A stretch of 64,000 nt of DNA from assembly GCA_965112155.1 (NCBI GenBank), contig OZ218115.1. One strand, given 5' to 3'. This DNA comes from Podarcis liolepis. Lineage: Eukaryota. The notes beneath the pieces are model-generated. The model saw only the letters and a list, made by a program, of their open reading frames with translations. It was not told the origin of the DNA and searched no databases. The translations under genes were made by a program, and so were the position numbers. Below are positions 27,471-38,301 of this stretch, piece by piece; within the stretch, counting starts at the first letter, position 1; each line of letters opens with the position of its first letter.

Positions 27471-28157
27471 GTTGCTTGCTTTGGCAAAAGCCTCCCAAAT
27501 GCAAGTCACAGGTGGTGAGAGGCAGGCTTCCGAGCCTGGTGTTTTCCTATCCCAGTGTGGACTTTGATTCTCCTTCCCCTACTAACAGCACAAAAAAGGC
27601 GGAGTGAATGGGCATTCATGACCAAGAGGGACAGCTGTGCTCTTATCTGGCAAGTTTAATGTATTATTGGCCTTTTCTCTTCTTCACTCCACCCCTCCCC
27701 TTTCCCCCCAGAGCAGAGATTGGTGCCTGTGTAGAACTACTTACATGCATAGGCCCTGTCTGTTTCCTTGGCAGCCGCTCCAGTCACGCTGCTTCCAGTG
27801 AATGTGGTTATGAAACAGCTGCAGCGGCAGGATTGGCTGCTGGTGACATCACGGCACAGCGGGGGTGAGGTTGCTTCCTTCCCAAGGTCTTGTGTTTTGT
27901 AACCATGGGGACAGCAGCTGCCAGCCTCTCGGTGGTCCCTTGGGTTAGGCCTGCAAGACATCCTGTAGCTGGATCTTTACCGCAGAGGCATTGCTCCCAC
28001 CGCCTTTAAAAGAACCTCTACAGCACCCGTGTCAGTTCTTCAAAAACGACATAATGCAAAACAACCCACCACACAAGAAGTACCGAGTCTAAATATCATT
28101 CAGGAAGTGTTTGGTTATCAAGTTTCTTTGGATATGAGGGCAGTATTAATGAGGAAT

Positions 28158-28335
28158 GTTATTTATTATATTTATAGCTTACCTTTCCGCCAAGAAGCTA
28201 AAGGCAGTTTGCATTTTATCCTTGCAACAGCCCCATGAAGCAGGTTAGGTACAGGAAGAAGGTGGCTGGCCTAGAGTCGCCCAGGCAGCTTCAGGGCTGA
28301 GAGCAGCAATTTGAACCAGGGCGAGTGGCTCCCTA
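28158..28335. mobile_element. Squamate SINE-like fragment
   Basis: TTTATT-rich end plus ACAGCCCCATGAAGCAGGTTAGG...GGCTGAG...TTTGAACCAGG pattern typical of lizard SINEs; family not determined. Confidence 0.45.
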
Positions 28336-29101
28336 ACAGTTTCTCCCCTGGACCTCTGAAAAACTGCTGAGGGTCTTAATGATTTTTCTGTAGCAACTGT
28401 AATGCGCTTTGCTAGATGCTGCATGGTTTTTAATTCTGTTTTCGTTGCTTCTTTTACTTATTATGTACAGTGTTCTATTTATTCTATTCCACAGAAGTCA
28501 AATTGTAGTGTAATAAAATAAGAAATAAAAGCAATAAAAATGCAATTTAAACTCATTATGAATATTTAACACAATGGATGTGTGGTCTTCCATTTTCAGT
28601 CACAAATCTAGAGACATGCAGTGGACCACCTGAATGAAGCTTGCGGGTAACAGTTTGGAAACCTCTGAACTAGAGTCTTTCTAGCTCCAATGTGTGACAC
28701 ACTGGCTCTCTTAGTTTAGGACATGTCCCTTTAAATGTGCAGTTTAAAGGGTCCTTTAAATGAGAGAAGGAATGAATTTTTAAGTCTTTTAAACAAATAT
28801 ATTCATATTTTAATTCATCATTAACAAAAAGGGAAGGGAAAACGAGAAGCATCTGGCTGAAATCCTGTACCCAGTTTCCTGGAAGTAAGCCCTATGCAAC
28901 TAAATGGGACATAGTTACATCTATAAGATGTTGATCTTATAACTATTATAACATATTCTTCAACATCTGTCATGACTCTTTTAACCGATGAACATGTCCA
29001 AAATATCACCAAAATCTGTTTCTCAGCAGTCCTAGTTTTAAGATAGCCAGCCTTTCCCCCCATTAAACCTACATCCCAACCAGCTCTGGATTACTGGAAT
29101 G

Positions 29102-29299
29102 CAGTGGTACCTCGAGTTAAGAACTTAATTTGTTCTGGAGGTCCGTTCTTAACCTGATGTACCACTTTAGCTAATGGGGCCTCCCGCTGCTGGTGCGCGA
29201 TTTCTGTTCTCATCCTGAAGCAAAGTTCTTAACCCGAGGTACTATTTCTGGGTTAGCAAAGTCTGTAACCTGAAGCGTCTGCAACCTGAGGTACCACTG
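29102..29299. mobile_element. Tc1/mariner-type MITE (copy 1, internally deleted)
   Basis: CAGTGGTACCTC...GAGGTACCACTG|TA; same family as 34110-34351. Confidence 0.85.
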
Positions 29300-30064
29300 T
29301 AGTCACAACTTTCCCCGTGCTTTTGTTAGACAGATCTTTGTTGCTAATTAGAAAAGCATGTTGTTCACAAGTTATATATTTTGAAAGGTGTCCTTTGGCT
29401 GCAGAAGTCAAGCCCGTGCACCACAAAACCATTGTCAATGCGCTTTCGGGGGAGGGGGCACCTTGAGTGAAAGGGATGCAACAGAACTGGAAAGTATTGC
29501 ACTGTGTGGGGGGCACACGACAAAAGTGTGTTCACACCATGACAAATATGAATAAAATACTACATGTGTTTAAACCCCCAAGGATGGTAACATACAGAGA
29601 TTTGTGACTTTCTGATTAATGTTCATTAATCATTGCTGTTTGTCAGATGGAATAATCCCCCTCTCCTCCCCGGCTCACTCTTCAGGGGGTTCTCTTGACC
29701 CTCCAGAGCAGATCTGTGGGAGGCCGGGAAAGTCTACTTGCATTAGCCAATGTTATTGTGCAGGCTTCCACTAGTGAACCGGGTATAAGCCCCAGGTTTT
29801 TTCAACTTTGTTGAAAATTATTTCACTTTCCCTATAAAATAGAATGGGGACTCTGTAGCCCCCCAGATCCCCTTGGACCCCAACTTCCATCACCCCAGAT
29901 AGCATGGCCAGCACTCAAAGAAGATGGGAGTTGTAGTCCAGCAATGCCTGGAAAGTTGCAGGCTCCCCATCCCTGCTATAAAAAATAATTCAAGGGACTG
30001 GCCCATGACATTTAAGAAAATTCCAATTAACACTTGCTCCCCTCCCAGCAAGTGGAAGGATCAA

Positions 30065-30695
30065 CCTAGATAGTGTCTTCTGCAATCCCCACTGAAATGA
30101 GTAGCATAGAGCAGTGCACAACCTCTTGAAGGAGGCTGTTCCACTGTTGAACAGCTCTTACTATCAGAAAGTTCTTCCTGATATTTAGTTGGAATCTCCT
30201 TTCTTGTAACTTGAATCCATTGGTTCATGTTGCACCCTCCAGAGCAGGTAAAAACAAGCTTGCCCCATCTTCCATGTGACAGCTCTTGAGATATTTGAAG
30301 ATGGCTACCATATCTCCTATTTGCCAGGTTAAACCTACCCAGCTCTTTCAACCATTCCTCAACAGGCTTGGTTTCCAGACCCTTGATCATCTTGGTCGCC
30401 CTCCTCTGCACACATTCCAACTTGTCAATATCTTTCTTAAATTGTGGCATCCAGGTGTGGTCTGACCAAGGCAGAATAGAGGAGGACTATTACTTCCCTT
30501 GATCGGGACACTAGACTTTTTTGCTGTTGAATCACACTGTTGACTCATGTTCAGCTTGTGGTCCACTAAGACCCCTAGATCCCTTTCACATGTACTACTG
30601 ACAAGCCAGGTGTCCCCCATCTTGTATTGGTGCAGCAGCTTCTTCCTACCTAAGTGTAGAACCTTGCATTTGTCCCTCTTGAAATTTATTTAGTT
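30065..30695 (-). mobile_element. CR1 LINE 3' fragment
   Basis: [25 protein letters not shown] and CERDLGVLVDHKLNMSQQC on the minus strand; similar to 18300-18930. Confidence 0.9.
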
Positions 30696-32689
30696 AGTGG
30701 ACTTCTGGGGAGGGACCATGGTGGATTAAATGTATCCTGTTGAAACTCCATCGACAGAGATAGTTATGTAGTGATTGATGACAGCCAAGCCATAAATCTA
30801 GGTTAATTCTCCGAAGAATAGACACAACAGGGATTAACTTCCAATGCTCTGAGAAGGCTGCTTTCTCACTGAGGGACAAAGAAACTTTCATGAGACTCAG
30901 ATGGGGTGAGTGACTGAGAACAGAAGAACCGTAATCTTGCCCAAACACCGCATAATAGCCCTAAGGGTCAATCCGTAGGGCAAAGATTGACTAAACCTCT
31001 CTTTCTTCAATTAATTTTGAATCTGGTATAAATTATCACTGAGACTATCTCTCTGCCAGTTAAAATGTACATCTGAAATATGACCCAACTGCTGTCTTAA
31101 GATGAGATGGCATTAAGGGGATGAAAACAAAACAAAAATTATGGTTTAATCAATAATATCTAAGAAAGATTCTAAACAGCTAAGAGGCGATCCAAGTTTC
31201 AGGAATTTTCATTTAATTTTGTTCTATTTTTAATCCTCCATTTCACTGGTGAATGTGCTGATTATAACATGAAACTACATGTTATAATCATGTGTTGCTG
31301 TGAGAGAGGAATGCTAGAAATGTATTTCTGATAAGCAAGGACTGTGTGGATCTTAGAGAAAGCACTCAGTATGATGAAATACTGGGGAAAAAACTCCACT
31401 GACTGTTGGTTTCATGCAGCAAGTACTGAATGAGTAATTGAAAGAGCTCAGAGCGGAGATGCATAAAATGGTGAATAAAAATGGAATGGACAAAGCTGAG
31501 GCTGAAGAAGCTACAGAGTGTTTTGGGGGAAAATACTGATGGAGGATTGCCAGAACAGGAGAATGGAATGGCAAAGCTGGAGGTAGTAGATGATGAAATG
31601 GAGAGGACCTCCACACAGGTGCCTGGATGAGTGAAACAGCCAAACGATGAAGTTATGATGTTGGAGGAGTAGAATGAAACCATGGACAGAGAGATTAAGA
31701 AATACCCAGAGCTGGCAGAGACATTGATGAGAAAGAAAAGACTGTGCATATAATTTGGAGTGAAATTAAGAGGGGAAAGCTCCTAAGCCTCTGGGAACAC
31801 TTTTGGAAAAAGAATGGAAGAAGAGGAAATGGAAGCCATTAAAAAAGAAGAAGATGGAAAACCTAAGCCAACAGTAAATGGGATTGGAAGATATGGATCT
31901 GGGTGTGAATTGGGGAATATACAATAAGTAAATAACTATGGATTACTGTCTCAATATATGAATGCAGAGAAGAGACTTCTGGGGGAATAAAAATCAAGGA
32001 TTTATTGTTTCTCAATATTGGATGTAAAGTCATTATGTTGGATTGGGGAAACAATATTGTTGACTTTTACCAATAATAGTAATTGGAAAACCTCTTTTAG
32101 ACTTTTTGTGTGGAAGGGAAAATGAATGAGCTTGAGATACCTGGACTTGAAAACTGGAAAAACATTGCCTAGCAGAAGGAGAAACAGCTGAACAGTTTTG
32201 TTTTTTTATGTTCTATGATCTGGGTTAATGAGGGGACTGCACACAGGTGGAGGTGATGGGCAGTTGGTGAAGGACCCTGTGTGAGAGGCAGGGAAAGGAA
32301 GATTTCCCAAGATGGGAGGCTGGGAGAAGAAACAGAAGCTCCCAGGTAGCAGCTGGAAGGGTTCACCTCTTTCTGTGTGGGACAAGAGCTAAGATCTACC
32401 CGTGAGAGAGGATTTTCTATTAAAAAAAAGAAATGAGATTCATCTAGCATGACTTGCTGCAGGATGCAGTGCCATGAGTAGAATTTCCCCACATGAGCAA
32501 AGTGATCTTGCAGTCTTCCAGGCAACCTGGTCCCAAGTTGTACAGGGTTTTATTTGTTAACGAGACCCCAAATATAGCCTGGTAGCTGATCAGCAACCAG
32601 TGCAGTTTCCTCAGCGCACATGTATGTGTGTGCAGGTATTCCATGCAGCCTCGCTGCAGAATTGTACACCAATAGCACAGAAAGACCGA

Positions 32690-33200
32690 AATAGAGTGCA
32701 TTAAAGTAGTCCAGTTGTGAGGACTATTACATGAATCACCGTGACTAAGCTATCCCTGTTGAAGAAACGGTACAACTGGCATGCCAGCCTAAGGTGATAA
32801 TAGGCATTCCATGTCACAGAGGTCACCTGAGCATGGCAGGAGATCAATTTAGTAACACCATCGCATTATGGGCCTGTTCCTCCAGAGGGCATGCAGCCCC
32901 ATCCAGAACAGGTGAACTTCTTGGGCATGGGAACCACTTACCCCCAGTGTCTCCATCTCACCAGGATTCAGCCTCAGTTTGTTGGCCCTCACAGTGTCTC
33001 ACTGCATGCAGGCACTGGTTTAGAACAGTCACAGCCTCTCCCGATTCAGATGTTATGGAGAATCAGAGGTGGGTGTCATCAGCATACAGATGACACTGCA
33101 CCCCAAATCTCCTAATGACTGCTTCCAACAGCTTGAAATCAATATTAAACAGAGAAGGGCTTTGCCTTTGTGCATCAAGCATGTTCAGATGGGGGACAAG
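32690..33200 (-). mobile_element. L2-type LINE RT fragment
   Basis: SPSLFNI...IRRFGVQCHLYADDTHL (RT YADD motif) on the minus strand; boundaries approximate. Confidence 0.8.
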
Positions 33201-34109
33201 AGATAATCTCTCACTGCTACTGGGGTGCTTCTCCCTGTATCTGTTCTCATGCCCAATTGCCACCTGCTACCCAGGAAACTGCCACAGCTGCAGGGTTTGA
33301 TATGCCTCAGCATCCACTCCCCACCCCACAAACCAGGGCAGGAAACCCACAGCTGATGTTGCAGCTGCAGAGATGGGTTAGCAAAACTGGAGGTAGGTCA
33401 AGGAGGCCTCACCTCACCACTACCTGAGGCTCAGCTTAACCTTTTCTCTAGCCTTGCTCCTGTGTTTGTAACTGCTGCCTGACATTTAAAAGACAGACTT
33501 TTTTCTAGCATGCATAGAGATAACCAGGGAGGAAAGCTTTGCCTACTGAATCACTGCCTACCAGGTGCAGTAAAACAAAAATACAAAATTTAGCAACCTT
33601 TGAGGGCAATATGGCAATTCAGAAATGCTGTGTGGGTATGCACTGGGCAGCTGCACATGGATTCCTAATCTCTCTATAAGACTCAGTGCCCAGCATTCTG
33701 TCACAGCATGACTATGAACCTTGAACCTCCACATGGGCCTATGCAGACACAAGAACCCCAATGGCATTCTCCAGTGTGCCTTTTAGTTTTCTCCTATATA
33801 AAGGAACAATTTCTGCTATGAGGAAAGAGTAAGAGACCCAAGGATATGATTGTTGTGAGAGCAAACACCTGCCCTGCAGCCCTGGCTCTCGGTGGCTTTG
33901 CCCTCATTTACAGAGACCTGCAGGAGGGACTGCACCCTCTCATGACTTTGCAGCAAACAAGCCCTCGGACCATCCTCACACTTAGCACTCATCCTGACAT
34001 TTTGCTAAGTACTGTGGTTTTTTAGCATCTGAAACTAGCAGGTGTTGAAACTGATTGAACTCCCCTTCTGCCTTTCTTGCTATTTCTTTTGTAATGGTTT
34101 TTAAACATA

Positions 34110-34351
34110 CAGTGGTACCTCAGGTTAAGTACTTAATTTGTTCCGGAGGTCCGTACTTAACCTGAAACGGTTCTTAACCTGAAGCACCACTTTAGCTAAT
34201 GGGGCCTCCTGCTGCCGCTGTGCCGCCGGAGCACGATTTCTGTTCTCATCCTGAAGCAAAGTTCTTAACCTGAAGCACTAATTCTGGGTTAGCGGAGTCT
34301 GTAACCTGAAGCGTATGTAACCTGAAGCGTATGTAACCTGAGGTACCACTG
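34110..34351. mobile_element. Tc1/mariner-type MITE (copy 2)
   Basis: TA|CAGTGGTACCTCAGGTTA...TAACCTGAGGTACCACTG|TA perfect TIRs with TA TSD. Confidence 0.9.
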
Positions 34352-34949
34352 TATATATATCAGCAACTTTCCCCCCAGTTCAGGGCGAGCATTTAGTTTT
34401 AAACACAGGATTGACTGTTAATGTATTTGTTGTTGTTGTAGATTAGGAAGAACACCACAGAGCCCATTGTGTATCACATTGGTTTTGCTTTATTCATAGC
34501 AATGATTGGATTTGGATTGCATTCCTATGTCTGCTGAGAGTAAGCGCAACTGCACTCAAAGGGACCTATTTGTGAGCAGACATAAATCAAACTGCGATAC
34601 AAATCAGATGCAACTTCTTGCCATGCACTTTCAGTCTTCAAAATGCTCTGATTCCCACTTCTTCAACGATATATCCAAATCTACATTTATGGGGGGGGTA
34701 AGCAAGTGCTGCTTATTTGCATGAAATGCTCCTCACACCGCTACCTTCCTAAAATAGCATACTATGGCCACAAAATATATATGTATTCTCTCTCCCCCCC
34801 AATTTACTGAGCGTCGTGTTTGCTACAGAAACAAGCAAACCTGGCGGCTCCCTGCCTGAGCAAGCGAATGTAGGAGGGGAGGATAGTCACAAATGCAGCT
34901 AATTGTGGATACAACATTTCCGCTCCACACACCCCCCCAAAAAAAAACC

Positions 34950-37700
34950 CCTGCCGGCGACTTTTCGTAAGGGAGACAACATCGAGGGACCCGTTATCAG
35001 TACAGAAGTATTATTGAAACCGAGACACAACACTTGGAGTCCTGGCCACCCCTACCTGGGCGCACTTACTTCCGTGTAAGACTGGGGGGGGGGGCGCGCG
35101 GTGCCGGGAACCGAACTTTTATTTAGGAAAGATTTAAGCGGCTGCAGCGCACCCCCTCTGCGTATTTACACGGAAGCAAATCCGTTCACTGGGGCTTATT
35201 CTCACCCGCGCATGCACAGGCTTGCAGCAGCAGAGGCCACGAGAGCAGCAAAAGAGCAAAAAGGGTAGACTGGATTTGGAGAGGGAAGCTCCATTCCTTG
35301 TACCAAATGGCGAGGCGCCGACAAGGAGGAGGAGGGGCTGCCGGGCGGGAAGCGGCTTGAGCCTGCGCGCCGGCTCCGGAACCTCCGCCTCGGAGCTCCT
35401 CTCAGCTGCTCGGGCGCCAAACCTTCGCCTCGCGTTGCGCGTCTTCCACAAGGCGGGCCGCGTGTTCCAATCGCGCGGATCTCGCGGTGCTCTGTATCCT
35501 AGCAACCGGAGGTGTCTGGGCGCCATCTTGAGTAGGCACATCCGGACAGCAGACAGCGGCCATCTTGAGGGACGGTCGCCCTCCCTCGAGAGCTTTAGGA
35601 CGCCATCTTGAAAAGCCCGTTCTTGGATCCATTTTGAGAAGTGCCAGAGCTATCGCCATTTTGGGAGGACCCCCCCCCCGCGCGTCATTGTATAGAGCAA
35701 CTCCCAAGGAGCGGGAGCATCAAGTAATTCAGCGCTGTGCCATGTTTATCCTTTCTCGACTACATCCGGGAACGTAGTACGGAGCCTTACTGGAAGTAGG
35801 GTGAAGCCATTTTTGGACAGTGTTCCGCCCATCCGGGCATCCCAAAAGCAGCCATCTTGGATGCGTATATGTCTGCAGAAGGCACATACGGGTATACGGC
35901 GGCGCCATATTGAATCCCAGAACGCGGGGAGAGCTGTATACGGGCATTTGAAAAAGACGCCATTTTGGTCTGGTGTTTGAAAAGGCGGAGGCACATCCGG
36001 GCCATTTGTGGCGCCATCTGTGTTTTCTGTTTTGTGACAGAATAGCAAAGGGGTGGAACCAAGATGGCAGCTTCCAGGAAAGCATGAAACCTAAAGTTTT
36101 GATAATTTGTACTCAGTACATAAGCACCGCCGGATCGGGGGTCGAGTAATTAAATGCAGAATGAGGTTCAGAAACGGGGAAGATGCAGCGAAAGCAAGAG
36201 AAGCATTTTTAAAGCAAAAGGCAGTGTGCCGGAACCCGGGCGCGACTAATGGTGGGTGGGTGCAGCAGGTGGTTGAGGGGACTGACATGGACCATTAGGC
36301 CTCAAAGGGCAGAGCCACGCCATGTATTTAAGCACGCGACCTCCCGCCCAAGGACTCTTGGGAGCTGTAGTTTTCCCGTCACGGTGCGGCTATCCTCGGC
36401 CCCCTTAAACTATGAAGTGCTTGGGAGTTGCGGGGTGGAGAGAATGCCACGCGCTTTATATGTGCACTGGACGTGCTTTAAACGTCTGGCGCGGATCCGC
36501 TGCATCCGCCATTGGCACCGCGAGCAGAAATTTCTTTTCTCATGGAGCGTTCACGTGCTTATGCAAGATAAGCCCTTCATCTTTATCGAAGATGGCGGCG
36601 CCCACAGGGTTGCTATAGGAGAGGGAAGCGTATGGAGCCTCCCTGCAGCATTCGTGGCCGGCGTAAGCAAGGAGGCCAATTGCAGGCAGGAGGAGGGGCA
36701 GTTGTTGTTTTCGCCCAAAAAAAGCAAAGAGGGCGGGGCTTCCTGTTCAAAATGGCGACGCCCACATAAACGTTTTATCTAGCTACACAACTTATTGTCA
36801 GAAGCGGCTCCGGCGACTCGCGTTAAATTCACAAATTATTATTATTATTAGTTTAAAGTGAGTAAGCGCGGTGAAAATGCGGCGCGCAGTCTCCCGCACA
36901 AACGAAGCGAAGCCCGCAAAAGAAAAGAGGCGGAGCCCGAATGTCCACCAAGATGGCGGTGTCCAGGCTGCCCCGCCCCCTCAACATGGCGGCGCCCTGG
37001 TGGGAGGGGTTCCGTACGGAGACCTCGCCGTGGCCCCGCCCATCGCCGCCGCCGAGGAAGAGAGACTCCTCACAGGCGCAAGATGGCGGCTCCCAGGGCG
37101 GCGTGAAGGCGCCTGGAGCCCGCAGCTTGCCCATCGGTGCCGTACAGCGGGGGTGGATCGAGCGGCCCGTTGCGCCTGGAAGGCGGAGGGAGGGAGGCCT
37201 GGCTTAGGGCTCCGGGTCGCGGGGGCAGGCAGGGTCGGAGGGGGAGACGCGGCGGGTGGGGGGGACGAGGGGGAGGCGGCTTCTCCCTCCCTGCGGCCGC
37301 CATTTTCCGTCCGGGCAACACAAGATGGCGGCTCCCAGGGCCGGGCTCTGAGCGGGGGCCGGAGGGGGGCGGCAGAGGGGCCCTGCTGCGGGCGGGGTGG
37401 AGTAACTGCCCCGCGCGGGGTAGTTCCCTCGGAAGGGCAATTGGTAATAGTTTTTCGAAAGTGGGGCGGCAACTAGGAGGCAGTTTTTGTTTCGGCCCCC
37501 ACCCCTCTTCCTGCCACACGGGGAGGGCGTTTGCCCCATAGGGAGGCTGCATTCCGGGGGGGCCGCGCCAGGCGATCCGAACTCGAGGAGCGGAGGGTTA
37601 GCAGCTCCTCCGCAAAGGGGCGCCTCCGCTCGCTCTCGGGGCAGCAACCTCCCTCCTCCCGCCACATAGGAAAGAAAAGAATAGGTATTTGCTTTTCCAA
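34950..37700. promoter_or_regulatory. CpG island; bidirectional TMEM187/HCFC1 promoter
   Basis: Sharp rise in CpG and GC; lies between head-to-head genes; many YY1 motifs, GC box (36731), CCAAT (about 36676), E-box CACGTG (about 36552), ACTACAnnTCCCA (36359-36371, minus strand). Confidence 0.9.
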
Positions 37701-38034
37701 TAGTTTCTTTTTTGTGAGGGTATACATTTCTCAGCATCCCATTTTCACAACTACTCCGAAGTAGTTTGTTGCATTAGTTCCCGCGGTGAGGGTTGTTGTA
37801 GCAGTAGTAGTCAAGAGAGGACTTGGGGGGTGTTGTGCCCCATTTAAGGCGGGTGTTTTGACCAACCACCCTGGGAAAAAAGTGAAGCAGCCGTGTCTCC
37901 TACTCCCACTCTTACCTCGAAAGAGGTAGAGTGCATGTGGGTTGGAAGAGTGCCCCCCCCCGCTTCTTTTTTAAACCACCTCTAGATAAAAACTGATAGG
38001 ATTGCCCCTTTGTTGCGCGCTTTTAGAGGACTGA

Positions 38035-38301
<267 letters not shown>

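Noticed and set aside
30698-32100. Possible L1-like remnant (GGACTTCTGG...CATGG start, purine-rich body)
   Set aside because: No convincing ORF motif could be read, so it is too weak to annotate without RepeatMasker.
35134-37764. Many overlapping 100-200 aa ORFs on both strands
   Set aside because: Expected from stop-codon scarcity in a GC-rich CpG island; low-complexity Arg/Gly/Pro products with no recognisable domain.
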